Position numbers and translations under genes: made by a program | Notes under the pieces: generated by a model | Told to the model about the DNA's origin: nothing | Seen by the model: the letters and a program-made list of their open reading frames with translations, nothing else | The model's database searches: none | In this document: one piece after another, positions 12,302-25,480 of the stretch | Numbering within the stretch: the stretch's first letter is position 1 | Layout of the letters: the number at the start of each line of letters is the position of its first letter | Assembly: GCA_012295275.1 (NCBI GenBank) | Contig: CM022673.1 | Span: forward strand, 7,812,001-7,876,000 | DNA length: 64,000 nt | Source: Chrysomallon squamiferum | Taxonomy: Eukaryota; Animalia; Mollusca | Direction: 5' to 3'

Positions 12302-15300
12302 AGGAACAATATTGGCTGTTACCACTTTTCTTTGTTATTTGCTTTTCAGTGTGGTCAGAGGATTAAGTTTGGAAAAATGGCCATGAAGTGTAAAGGTGAG
12401 CTAAATAATTATCTGTCAGTAATTAAACTTGTGGATGTGAAATGTATTTAACATAAATCAGGAGTTACTTGAAAATAAAAACAAGACTTTAAAAAGTATG
12501 ACCAAAAAAGTATTAATATTGTGCTCATCTTTATAGCGTTTTAATGGATATAAATGGATATATATTATGGAATGTTGTGTTTTGACACTATATTGATTGA
12601 TGCAAACAAATGAATAATGTAGGATTCAGAAGATAAAATAATTTCAACTGATGTTTGTTCACAGACTGTCGGTCAGTGTGTCATGTTGAGTGCAAAGACA
12701 ACCTACCTCTACCCTGTATACCTGCCTGTCCTAACACACCCGGCAGCAAGAGTGCCAAAATATCAGGAGTGAGTATTTTATCCATTCTATAAATATAATT
12801 CTTTGAAATTAAATATCTCGTAATTTGTTTGAAATTTATTTAAATAACATATTCTGAATCTCTAGAATTTTCTTCTTTTTTTTTTTTTTTTTTAAATGAG
12901 TTTGGAATTGCATTAGTCTTGAAGTTTATTGCTTGAGAAGTTGGAAATATAAAATAAAATGAGGACAGAAATAATTAATATATTCATAAATGTTTTGTAT
13001 CACTGTATAAAATTATAGCCTTAAAAAAATGTTGTTTATTTTTATTTATTTTTTTATTATTTCCTTTTTCCTCAAGGGTTTAATTTCAGACTACACACCA
13101 AATGAACCACCTTATATACCTGGATTAGTTGTAAGTAATCAAACATTTTGAAATCAGTTTACAAAGTAGTCATACATCACAGAACAATGTCAAAACTGAA
13201 TAATTGTATACAACAAAGAAGGTAACCTGTCAGATAATCTACTTTGAATTTATGAGATAACATATATGTACTATAAGTTTCTCTTGTGACAGATAATGTT
13301 TAATCATCAGGTGTTACTTCCTATCCTGTTTGTGTCTGGTATGCTTCTATACATATCATATATTCAATTTTTCTGTGTGACAAGTGAACTAAAAGATCTT
13401 TAGGGCATGTTTTAAATGTTGTTGTTATCACTACTGTTTCATTATTGATTATTATTAGGTGCACTGTGTGAATGAGATTGAATCTCGAGGTCTTACAGAA
13501 GTGGGGATTTACAGAGTTCCTGGGTAAGACTTGTCATTTTCTGTTTCTAAACTATATAGACAGCTGTCTAATTACTAAATGTAAAATCCTAATAAAACAG
13601 CTTATAGCATTATAAAGATGATATGGAAAAAAATGAATTCTGAAATATTATCAGTGTTTAATGAATGTTCTGTGATAAAACATAAGTAATTATTAGTTAT
13701 AATAATTTATTAAAAAAAAAAAAAAATTGAATAAAAACAAAATAAATAATCAATTTTTATTCTGTTTTCAGTTCTGACAAAGAAGTTAAGGATCTGAAAG
13801 AAAGATTCCTTAAAAGGAAAGGAACACCAAATCTGGTAATAGAAATGTTTTATTTTTTAGTTGAAACTATTTATTATCTGGTTTTAACACACTGACAGAA
13901 TTCAAACCTCCTAATAATATTTCTTATAGCCATCAACAAAAATTTGTTTTTAAAAATTATAATAATAACAACAGTAAAAGATTGTATTTAGATTGAAAAT
14001 TAAGTATCTGCTTTTTTGTTATTTCAGGCCAATGTTAATGACATCCATGTGGTATGTAGCTGTTTGAAGGATTTCCTGCGATCCCTAAAGGAGCCTCTTG
14101 TTACTTACGGGTTGTGGAAAGAATTTGTCCATGCCACAGGTAAATTACATTTCAAGAATTTACACTTTAAATGTAATATTGTCAGTTTACAATTTATTGA
14201 AAGAAAAAAATAATTTGTTTTCCATATTTTTAATTTTTAATTCTAGTTGGTGAAAGTAACTAGATAATCGTAAATTTTTCTAGGGATCCATTAACAAACT
14301 ACTGCACAGTAAGAAGTGGTCTTTGTGTTTTGGGGTTTTGATGGTTGTGGTAACTGATCATTTATTTAATGTTCTTATTTTTGTTTACAGAGAAACAGAA
14401 CCACCATGAAGCTGTTGAGTTGATCTACCAGGCTGTGAACAAACTTCCTGCAGCAAACAGGGACACTTTAGCCTTTCTTATTCTCCATCTTCAGAGGTAA
14501 TTTAAAGAAAAAAAAAAAGAAAAAACAGCATTGTTTTATTTTTTTTTAGCTTTTCATTTTAGTTATCAGCTTTTGTTTCACTTCTTGAGTTCAAGGATAC
14601 CACTTAAGAATTAACAAAGAAATGTTCCTGTTTTAATTTGATATTTTTTTTTATTTTATTCTTATTTTTTTGTTGTTATTCTCCTTCTTTTTCTTCTACT
14701 TCTTATTCTTATTCTTATTCTTATTCAACTTGTTTCATTTCAGGGTTGCTGAAAGTCCTCAATGTAAGATGCCCAGTGGAAGCTTGGCCAACATTTTCGG
14801 ACCTACTGTCGTAGGGTACTCATCCTCAGAACAAAACCCCAAAACAGATTTGTTCATGGAAACAAGAAAACAGAAAATGGTTTGTAATTGGCATGGACAT
14901 ATCTGTTTCTTCTATGATAAACTGATGATAATGGTTTACAAGAAAAAGAACTAAAAAGACATCTGGTTTTGTTGTTGGATTTTCATTTCTTTTACTTTCA
15001 TTCCTCTCTTTTGTAATCTGAATGAAACTAATGTTGAAATGACATTACATGTAACATATTTCACAGTAAATTTATTTATGTTCCAGGTTATGGATCTGTT
15101 GCTGAGTATCCCCACCGAATACTGGGTTCAGTTTATTGAGATAGACAATGCTTCTCTGTACCCACTCATCGACCCCATTGCTGGCACTACTCCTGAAACA
15201 GGTATTCTTCGTATTCTTCTTTATATCAAGTATGTTAGGGAAAAAGAAAATACAACTCTCAGAATCCTGATATATATGCAGATAAACAGCTCACTTTTTC

Positions 15301-17424
15301 CCAAATGAATTTATTCAGTTGGTAAAATTGTGATTGGTTAAAATAAATGACAGCAATTCTCCACATCACTTCTTGGCCTTTTAAGCAGCTTTCTATAGTA
15401 CATTTGGCTTCTGTAATTGATGGTAGTCAGATTCTAAGGTCTAAGTATTGTAAAATCCTTATTTTATGCTGTTTATTTAGTGTAGTAAATATTTGTGTAA
15501 TAATCAGTTCAGATTTTTTTCAGTGTTAATAACAGCAAGAGGAATAACACTGTAGTATTTCTATGCAAATATATATATAGAAGATTTTTTTTTTTTTTTT
15601 TAATATAAATATATATATATATATCAGTTATCTGCTAAAGCTGATTATTAATGTTTTGGATTTTTTAAGTTCCACGAAGTCGACTGGGACCAGTACTGAC
15701 GCCAGGGTCATACGAAAACCAGACGATGCATTCGAGAAATCGTACCCAGTTCACACCTACGTATGTACCACTGATTATTATCCTTTCTCAAAACCTTTTT
15801 TCTTTTTTCTGTTTTCCATTTCTTTTAATTTGAATCAAACTTTTCAGTGCACTAAACTTAAGAACTAATGAAAATTGTTTTATTTTGATACAAGTTACCT
15901 CAGTCACCTTTGAGTTACAGAGCACTTCTGGTTAAATGTTACATTATTTTTTAATGTGTTTAATGATCAGGTTTAATTGTTGTTATTTATCTCACAATTA
16001 GAAATGTTCTTACAAATATATGTATGCATCCAAAAAAGAAATATATTTTAGAAAATAGATTTATAATTAAAAACATATCCTGCATTTGAATGATTTTCGT
16101 TAATAGTTTTTTTTAATATCTATGGATGAATAAATCATGGAACAAATCTAGAATTTAAATGTTATTATGTTTATTATTTTCAATTTTTATTATTTATTTA
16201 TTTCTTTATTTTAATTTTATTTTTATTTATTTTTTGCTTTGTTAGTGCTTGTCTATAAGCTAATTATTAATATAGATTTAATATAGAAGAAACATACCTT
16301 CTGCATAAAACTTACTAACATTTTCTATCATTATTATGCAACTAACTGTATTTTATTTCACTAATAACTGCATTCACTACTAACATAAATAACACATAGA
16401 CATATATATAAGATGAGGTATTACTTCATGTCTTCTCCTACAAATTACCTAAACAAAATGGCAGCAAATAGATTAAATTAACTATTATTTCTGTTTATTC
16501 TGTGTTTATTCAGTTTTGTTTCAGTACAGTTTAAACTGATATGCATATACTAATATTTACTATAGATTGTCCTCGGTAGCCCTTAAATAAATTAGTATAC
16601 TAAAACCAGTATTCAAATAGCAATTACTGACCATTCATGCAATCATCATTGGCATTGGGATCATCAGCATCATGCAGTATTATGGCTTGGCTTAACCGTT
16701 CATGGTTTCTGTACATGTGGCTTTATAAAAAGTCCAGACATGTGCAAGGAATCACTAATGAGACTGCAGTGATTTCCAGGAATCACTGAGTGAGCTGTTT
16801 TCTATTAGTAGACGACTGATGCCACCCCTCAACATGGCCCCTGTGGCCGTCTCTGAAAGTGCTATTTGAATGGCGTCCTTTCCCCTTGTTGGCAGGTACA
16901 ATAAAACGTAAAAATAAGAAAGTACAAACCTCAGTTATTGACTGAGGATATAATGGAATCATAAAAAGTCAGTACATCTCTTTGGTCACGTGGATTTGTA
17001 AAATCAATTATCCAATACTCCTGACATTTTACTAATGCACATCAGTTATTAACAACATGTTTATTGCAGACAAACATCCCCAAGTCACATCTGTAGAAAA
17101 AAAATAATAATAAAAACAAAACCATTTGACAATAAACCTTTATTCTGTAAGAGATAACTTTTCCATAATTCCGAACATAAAGACATGTTTGTCAGAAAAT
17201 ACATGGTTTAAAATTAATTCTAAAAATATAACAGGCAAAAAAAAAAAAAATTATAGTTATGATCAAATAGAAATTAACTTGCAAAAAATATTATGTTTAT
17301 AAATATTTTTTTTGTTTATTTATTTTTTTTTTTTTTTTTTTTTATTTTTTTCAGGCTGCCAAACAGAACAAGAAACACATCGAAGAATCCTCGACATTTC
17401 TTCTCATCTCCTTTTGTGGCGTGA
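8243..17424 (+). CDS. RACGAP1: Rac GTPase-activating protein 1 (MgcRacGAP/CYK-4/Tumbleweed, centralspindlin subunit); complete, 20 exons, 654 aa
   Basis: All 19 introns are GT-AG with consistent phases (1965 nt CDS). N-terminal coiled coil, LNTIMESSASILSDVDYD (Plk1/ECT2-binding region), C1 domain ([41 protein letters not shown]), RhoGAP domain with Arg finger GIYRVPG, C-terminal FFSSP. Confidence 0.96.
8959..9040 (+). CDS. RACGAP1: RACGAP1 exon 2
   Basis: SNQKLSRVAMYDDLIRTARVLRESCEP. Confidence 0.88.
9430..9571 (+). CDS. RACGAP1: RACGAP1 exon 3
   Basis: EFRSFVRNQNLCRKKW...LHTRLKHS, coiled coil. Confidence 0.92.
9922..9982 (+). CDS. RACGAP1: RACGAP1 exon 4
   Basis: NTVDTEMHKRKQVEYERETL. Confidence 0.92.
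10314..10462 (+). CDS. RACGAP1: RACGAP1 exon 5
   Basis: EHQMRLIRDLLND...DSPTK. Confidence 0.92.
10898..11084 (+). CDS. RACGAP1: RACGAP1 exon 6
   Basis: LNTIMESSASILSDVDYD...RRSPSAPPLED. Confidence 0.93.
11377..11542 (+). CDS. RACGAP1: RACGAP1 exon 7
   Basis: DRDNSIVTTTTITVNGDGKPVMATTEV. Confidence 0.92.
11836..11935 (+). CDS. RACGAP1: RACGAP1 exon 8
   Basis: DSEPESDESYLNTPRNRNNSRVRSKTGILKKTP; phases fit. Confidence 0.85.
12102..12201 (+). CDS. RACGAP1: RACGAP1 exon 9
   Basis: [33 protein letters not shown], start of C1 domain. Confidence 0.93.
12350..12395 (+). CDS. RACGAP1: RACGAP1 exon 10
   Basis: [15 protein letters not shown]. Confidence 0.95.
12665..12768 (+). CDS. RACGAP1: RACGAP1 exon 11
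   Basis: [27 protein letters not shown]. Confidence 0.95.
13077..13130 (+). CDS. RACGAP1: RACGAP1 exon 12
   Basis: GLISDYTPNEPPYIPGLV. Confidence 0.93.
13459..13523 (+). CDS. RACGAP1: RACGAP1 exon 13 (Arg finger)
   Basis: VHCVNEIESRGLTEVGIYRVPG. Confidence 0.96.
13772..13835 (+). CDS. RACGAP1: RACGAP1 exon 14
   Basis: SDKEVKDLKERFLKRKGTPNL. Confidence 0.95.
14028..14139 (+). CDS. RACGAP1: RACGAP1 exon 15
   Basis: ANVNDIHVVCSCLKDFLRSLKEPLVTYGLW. Confidence 0.96.
14391..14496 (+). CDS. RACGAP1: RACGAP1 exon 16
   Basis: LIYQAVNKLPAANRDTLAFLILHLQR. Confidence 0.96.
14744..14879 (+). CDS. RACGAP1: RACGAP1 exon 17
   Basis: VAESPQCKMPSGSLANIFGPTVVGYSS. Confidence 0.95.
15087..15201 (+). CDS. 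RACGAP1: RACGAP1 exon 18
   Basis: VMDLLLSIPTEYWVQFI...TTPET. Confidence 0.93.
15670..15760 (+). CDS. RACGAP1: RACGAP1 exon 19
   Basis: VPRSRLGPVLTPGSYENQTMHSRNRTQFTP. Confidence 0.88.
17355..17424 (+). CDS. RACGAP1: RACGAP1 last exon
   Basis: LPNRTRNTSKNPRHFFSSPFVA*; strong polypyrimidine acceptor. Confidence 0.9.
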
Positions 17425-17981
17425 AGTAATAAAGACTAGGAACAAGGACCTGCAAATATTGACTTGATATCCAAAACATTTCATTTTCAATAGTCACAAA
17501 CATATCAGTTAATAGCTAGCTTGTTTTGTATTTGTTACGCCAAATATTAACTTTCAGTTACTGTTCAGAAACCTATTAAATTATTTCTTCTTTTTAATTC
17601 TTAAAATTTCTGTAAAGATCGTTAATTTTTCATAACAGGATAGTAATATTTTTATTATTTATTATTTATTGTTTTTAAGTAACTTTTATAGAATTTTATC
17701 TCTCATACACACTTTAGATGATCCTGTTGTGCACCCCCCCCTAAAATGTATATAATTTTTTTTACAGTTTCTATCAGAATTTAAACCAAAGTTTTTTTTT
17801 ATTATGTGTTAGTCAAAAGAAACAAAAAATTAAAGATATTTTCCTTTTCACACAATTCTGAAACAACAAAAATAATGTAATTCACAGAAAAGATTTGATC
17901 AGGAAAATTTAATTGTGATTATTTGTTTCACTGGCTGAACTGTAAAGGAAACATTTTTAACAGAGCTGTAAATTTTCATAC

Positions 17982-18128
17982 TTTTGTAAATATGTATTTT
18001 TCACTTAATAACTTAAAATTTTGCTAGGTGACAAAATCATGACAGTATGGGGCATAATTAATGACAAAGTTACTTCTTTGCACTGAAGCTATAAATTCTG
18101 GTTAAACTGTCTGTTACATTAAACTTTC

Positions 18129-18162
<34 letters not shown>

Positions 18163-20045
18163 TTTATTTACTTTGGTTTTTATCAAATTTTGTAAAAATA
18201 AAAATTTTTTTATTTTATAACATAATTTCTCTCATATGCAGCAGTAATTCAAACATGGAAAACTTTCATGTTTTCTCCAGTTATTACTCCTTCATCTTTC
18301 TCTATATTATTTTATTTATTATTATTTTGAATATGAAACTCATCAAAATGCTTGAAAGCTGAAGTCCTATACACATTACAATTCCTTTTTAATATTCATC
18401 TACAGGTTTAAAGATTTTTATGATGGTAAAAAAAAAAAACAAAAAAACATACATTTTGAATCCTTTTCAAGAGATCTGCATTATACTAAACTTTGGTAAA
18501 AAGATTGGACAGTAACAAGTTAAAGAATTTACTCCAAAGCTGGCTTTTTGGTGATGCATTCAATATCTCAGATGAAAACCATACTTTACATCCATCCTCA
18601 AGCTTATCAGTTTTATCATGATTAATTTTTTAGAAAATAAAACAAAACAGAAAGGAGTTATACAAAATATATGTAGACATCTATTTGTACCTTTTAATAA
18701 ACATAACTGTAAATAAAATCATTTTTACAACATATTTTCCAATACTGAGCTTGTATAATCATGTATATTTATCTGGTTGGGAATATTAAAACTACCTTGT
18801 GAAGTATATCACATTAATTAGGAATATGTGCAGATACAATTCATTTTTAAATATTCATTGTCAGTCCAGGTATGTGCATAATATTTTGCATAAACATTAA
18901 TAGTTAGGTACACTGGAAATAGCGAAAATATTAATACTATTCTTATTATTCTGCCAAGTTGGAATATTTAAAAATATTATAATTTAAACTAAATGATTGG
19001 GGGTTTGTTTTGGGGTTTTCTGCTGAAGGAGGATATTTTGTACTGTATGACATATCAAATCTCAAATTTTTGACACAATTCTTTTTTAATAAAGTCTTTT
19101 AAGCTTTCTGTTCTTAGCTGATGAATACAGCTTATTACTTCTGCAGGCGAAGTTGTGGAACCAGAAACATGCTGTGTGTCAGTTAAAACAGACACTGCAA
19201 TACAAAGACTTGAATTCATGAATTGGTTTAAGTACATTTTATTTCACTTTCAGAAAGACTAATCGGTAAAAAGAATATAAATAATAATAATAATAATAAT
19301 AATTTTATATATATTGAACATTTTATTTCTTTTTCTTTTTGATAAAATGACACAAAGCCTGGGCACAGTTAGCATAATTATCTGACATCAATAGTCATCC
19401 TTTTACTGAGCTGAATAAATAAAAAATAAACTTTATTCTCTGCTGTTAGCTTTTCTGAAATTGGTAATACTGATAATGATATATGCCACAAAAAAAAAAA
19501 AAAAAAAAAAAAAAGAAATTAAACAAATTAAAATTCTTTCAGGTAGTTTAATGTTATCTTTTAATTTTTAAAATTTTCATCATTTGGTGCACTTTTTCGT
19601 TTTATTATTATTATTAAAAAGAAAAACAAAACTTCATAAAATATAATTTTAGACGTTTTTTAAGGGATGGGAAACTGGTTTAAAATATAGTGCACGTAAT
19701 ATGTTTATTACATTTTGTATATACAGCTGTCTTTCATGTTCTTCACTTGGAAATAAACTTATTGTCTTAATTGTGTTGTGTGCTGGTTTTTTTTTTTTTT
19801 TTTTTTTATTTAACAAACTCTGGAATTGTTTCTGACATAGCAATTGTGAAACTTTTAACCCTTGTTGTTTTTTTTTTTTTTTTTTTTTTACAAATAATAT
19901 GCATTAATAATGGCATGATTATCCGGACTGGTTTAAACGTCGACAGTAAGAGTTATTTAAAAGTTCTAATTACTGGGACGTTGATGTAGGAGTTGGAGTG
20001 AGTTAATAAAACTGACCATCCCAGTGAGGTCATTACTGGTCATTA
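17982..20045 (-). pseudogene. Possible decayed multi-exon gene of unknown identity
   Basis: Exon-like blocks at 17982-18110, 18453-18629, 18796-18912, ~19020-19175, ~19650-19780 and ~19900-20043. The first three carry splice-site-like ends; reading frames are protein-like but broken by isolated stops or frameshifts. Confidence 0.35.
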
Positions 20046-20807
20046 AAAAAAATGACAGTAAATTAAAACTATTAACAGCATGACCGAATCTATTGCAACG
20101 CTAATTATAATTAAACTGTTATGTAAAATAGCATAAACCAGGATATTCTTCTCTAAGAATTCTACAATCTTTATATTATCCAAAAGAAATGGAAACGATA
20201 AAACGTAATGGTTATAATAATGACGTCACTTAGTTACAAGTTAATGGCAACATTAATGGATTACTAATTTCGAAGGAAATATTTCTTAAAAGTTGTCTTA
20301 GTTACGGATTTCGTACACTATTAAGGATAGAAGAAATCTGCAGTAAGGTAAGTGAAATTTTTTGTTTACAGAATAATTACTAAATTTTTTCTAACAGTAG
20401 CCTATTTGTTACAGTAATTATTACTCCAGCGAGAATTAGGATAGTCAATCATTGATTGAATCATTGATTGAATCACGATTAGTATCATACGTTGAATATT
20501 AAATAGTAACAATTTTATCCATAATTTCCATAATAAATATTATTTCATGAATGCCGTTTCGAATTTTGTTGACAATAAAATAAAATAAAATAAAAACACC
20601 TTTTAACTAATTAACAGGCTTGTATAAGCAATTTTTTCTTGTTGCAATTTCTCAACGCAGATCTTTTAAATCACTTTGATCTTCAGTTAGTAAAAAATAC
20701 TATTTATATTAACTTTTATAATTAACTAAACCGATATACTCACTTTAGTGGCGATACCATTAATAACTTCCTTTTGAGTTACCAATAAAAAGATAGTGAA
20801 ATATGTA

Positions 20808-20873
<66 letters not shown>
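20808..20873. repeat. (AAT)n microsatellite
   Basis: Seen directly; one of many (AAT)n/(AAAT)n tracts in the window. Confidence 0.9.
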
Positions 20874-20874
<1 letters not shown>

Positions 20875-21273
20875 CAATAAAGAAATTCAAATCACTTAAT
20901 TATTATGCTTTACAAAACAAAACCAAAAAAAATAAAAAAATATTGAGAACTATATCGAGACCGGGAAGAGGTTCTCAGCCATGATACCTGCATTGTAATA
21001 GGTTTGGCGTATTTGTTCCTAATATCGGCACATAAAACTAAACGATTCATATAAAACAAGTATTTTGTTGAACTAGTTCCCTCCGTTCGCCTTCTGTGTA
21101 AACAGCATCTAAACAATGAGCTGAAAGGTTTGTTTGTTAAAAAAAAAAAAAAAAAAAAAAAATATTCTTATTTTTTTTAAAGAATTTATTAAACTGAAGA
21201 AATTTTATTATTTTCGGATAGATTTCATTTTGGCATTACATTGTAATTTAAATAATTAGCAACTCTGCAAAGC

Positions 21274-21313
<40 letters not shown>

Positions 21314-21696
21314 TTTTTATTAATATTTATTTTAATAGTAAAAATATTTACACACATAAACAATAAGGCCTAAAAGGATTCAGGCTTGCCAATTTTCTAG
21401 TATTGTAATGAGATAATTATGCAACACATATTGGCGTTCGATAGATTACACGGTTAGCATAATGAACCCTTTAAGCAATATAAAGGCAATTTTAATTAAC
21501 TTTAGCTGTTTTAATGAACTTTAAAATACTGTAACCAATCTACAAAGAATTTTCAATGTTTAAAAAACTTTACTTCAGCAAAAACATTTTGGATGCACAA
21601 AATACAGTAACCAATCTGTAAAGAAACTTTCAAAGTAAAATGTATCTTAAATGTAGTTCCATCTTTAAAGAACATTAATTTAAAATATTGACTATG

Positions 21697-21736
<40 letters not shown>

Positions 21737-22022
21737 GATATAGATATAATAAATAAAAAAATAAAACAAATAAATAATAATAATAAAAATATTAATAAAT
21801 GGGATTTGGGGTAGATATAGTATCTGTGTTATCTGTAATTTAAATAACAATGGAAATTTATACCTTACCTTTATTTAATACATTTAATCCATGAAATGTT
21901 TATCATATATTTTGTAGTAATTTCAGTTTTTTAAATACCCTCTTGAAATAATGCCAGCTCACATTATTATGCATCAACTTGATGATATTCATAAATAATA
22001 TTAACAATTATTAGTAATAATA

Positions 22023-22063
<41 letters not shown>

Positions 22064-25000
22064 TAAAAAATAATAATAATAATAATAAATAAATAATAAT
22101 AAATAAATAAATAAATAGCATATAAATATACAATATAAAAATAAATAAAAAGAATGTAACTAATGAAATGAAAACACAAAAGCCAGGTATTATGTTGTGA
22201 CAACAATTTACTTCACAATGAATGACCAGCATTTTGACAAGGAATTTAACATGACCAATGTATGCACTGACCTACATCTCAATATACAGTGTTAAAAAAA
22301 CGTGATGACATGGACCGATCTGGCAGAACTGACTACAACAACGTCTAGTGGTCACACTGAACTACATACAGTACAATTTGAACCACTGTCCCGTATAGAC
22401 AGATCTACCTAGCAGTAGTAAGCTACGTGGTATGGTTTACTAAGATTCATTTATTTGGTAGCAGAAAAATAACAGGCCTAATTCAATGGAGAAAATAAAA
22501 AAAATTAAAAAAAATTAAAATTTTTTTTTTAGATCCAAAATAATGTTTATTAAACCTCACAGCAGAAATTTAAAGGTTTTATAATCATTAATAAATGTGT
22601 AATATTTATATTTTTGTGGGTTTTTTTAATTTTTGAAAGAATTTGTTTAAAGACCTGAGTCTCACTGCCACCAAATTTGAATGTTTTGATGATTATACAT
22701 CTGAATATACAATCAAGATAAAAAAATGAATTTGGCAATTTGGCCTGTTTATCAAGTTTAAAAACAGCCTACTTATTAAGTTTTAATAAACAAACTGCTA
22801 GAGTCAGTACCTGATCCTTTTTTTTTATTTTTTTTTTTTTTTTTATCTGTTCTTTTTTAACATTAATTTTTACTGATCTGTTATAAATTTATCTCCAATT
22901 GTACAAGCTTCATTTGTACAGTTAACATTAATCACTGGGAAAAATGAAGTGAGCAAAAAATGGCTTATCAATCTGGCAAGAAGCCATCATAGAATTAACA
23001 AAGATTTATTATTATAGTTTAACTTTTTAAAAATTATTAACAACAATACTTCTATATAAATTTTATTGGAAAAAAAAAAAGAAGAAGAAAAACAACAACA
23101 GTAAAGTAAAATAATTTAAAAATTTGTTTTAATTTATAAAACTATTTTTAACTGCTTAAATATCAAACAAATTCACAAGTTTTAAGAAAAACAATCTTGT
23201 CCAGTTCTAGACAATGTTTTAAAATTTACTTATTTTTCAGTATCTCCCTTTATGGCTACTTGAAGGGATATCATACCTTAAAATATATTATTGATGTACC
23301 CATTAAAAATGTGCTGTCTTTCATTGAATTATTATTTTAAAATGACATCATTAAAAGAACAAAACAAGCAAATAAATATATTTTTTTCTAATCCTTTCTA
23401 CCCTGATTTGTTTCTTCAAAAACTCTAATAAGTAATATTCACTATAATCCTGGGTAAATTATTTGACTTAAGAATATATATATATTTTTATTTTTCTCTC
23501 TCAATGTTCTATTTTTGACATGCACCACAATCAGTCCATACGTGATTTTCTGTAACCATTCAGGTGGTGTTCTAAAACAATAATAATATATATATTATCT
23601 AACAGAAATATGTTACATTTATTAACAATGGCAAAATATAAATTCCAATTTTGTCTGTACATTACACATGAAAGCACTTGTACCACTTGAGAAACAACAT
23701 ACAAAATAGCAAATGAACATGGAAGAATATTAAAAATTAAAATTAAAATTAAATAAAAAATTGTGTTTCTTTGTATACAAAAACTAACTCTAATGTGGAA
23801 ACTGGTATTTATCAAATAGGACCAATAGCAATACTTCTGTGGTTATTGTTATTTAAGCTCTTGTATAATTAACTATATTTTAAAGAATTAAAACCATAAG
23901 ACGTTATTTTTGGTTATTAATTAAATTAATGATTTAAAAAGAAAAAGTTCTAAAAATATAAGAGTGCTTGTGAAAACAGTAAAATAAAAACAGGTTTTAA
24001 ATACAGTAGCAAATTTTTATTTTTTAACTTTTTTTTAAGTGTCTTAAAGTTTATTTTTTCTGTAATTTAGATAAAAACCAAAATATGTAAATTTTTAATT
24101 AAAATCACAAAATAGTTTAAATTATTAAACACTGAATGGGCAACAGTTTTAAGCAAACTAGAAAACAAGCTTCTTTTTAAAATCAATTCACTATAACAAT
24201 AAAGAAAAAGAAAAACTTTAAGAGACTATTTTTGTATAGTAGAGTTTTAAAGATTATTTTTATTTTTTAAACCAGTTTGGTCAGGGTTTCAGAAATGCTG
24301 CCTCAAATGCTATGTATCAGATCATAATTAAAAACAACATAAAACAGAATAATCTTTTACAAATACAAGTGGCATTAACTGGACTAGCATATATAATAAT
24401 AAAACACCAAAACAGATGCTAACAAACATTCATCACAAGCTGTAATGTGCAGAACTATAATTGTACAAGCATTGGTAAACACATCGGCCAATCAGAACTG
24501 ATTTAAGAGATGATGAAATTTCATACACCAATAGAAAATCATAATAATTATGAGCTAAGCATGGTTGCCCTCATCATCCAATCAGATTACTAGTTACAAA
24601 AAAAGATGACTTGCTGGCACACAATACTGAACTAAAATGACAGTTACACTTTTTTTTTCTTTTTTTTTTTTTTTTTTTTTTTTTTTTGTTTAGTTATAAA
24701 ATAGGGGAGAAAAAATAAACAAAGACTTGGAGGTAAATATTAACAACTTTACAGAGATGTTTAATAGTATCATACCCCAAACAGTTTCAAACAATAACAA
24801 TACAGTTCAGTGTTACGCACCTGCTAACAAGAAAAACAGTAACATGGATTGACACTGTGGATTTTCCTAATCCACAACAATTATAACATTGAAATTAAAA
24901 ATGAGTTATGCAACAATAAATTAATCTATTTAAAAATATAATATATATTTTGTTTTCCAACAAAATCAGCACTATTCTTAAAAGTAAAATGTGTAAAAAA

Positions 25001-25435
25001 AAAAAAAAAAAAAAAAATTTAATAAATCAACATACATTTAGAGTAATTTTATTTCTTTATTTTTTTTTTTTTAAATGTATGGTAACTATAATTTTTCAGT
25101 ATTTTTTCACCATTTTGACAGCTTTTATTTATAATTATATATACATATAATTTTTGTTGTTCTGTGTGCAAATAAAAAAAAAATTAAAAAAAATTAAGCC
25201 AGATAACATAATAATAATAACAACAATAACAACAATAAAAATAATAATATTAATGTAGTGAGAATACCTAAGAAACGAATAGTAAAATCTTAAAGAAGGA
25301 GAGTTATTATTTATTTTAAAATTAAAATTAAGGTTAAAAAAAAAAAAGAAGAAGAAAAGGCAGCTGCATGCTGGTATTTGACTATGACACTGAATATCAC
25401 AACCTTATGAGTGGGAGAAACACACAGGTACACAT

Positions 25436-25480
<45 letters not shown>

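Noticed and set aside
22302-22360. Box C/D snoRNA-like layout (GTGATGA...CTGA...CTGA)
   Set aside because: No terminal stem and no rRNA/snRNA complementarity that I can recognise; would need snoscan or Infernal
24485-24590. Three CCAAT boxes within 100 bp
   Set aside because: No adjacent gene start or CpG enrichment; lies in the probable HDAC4 3' region
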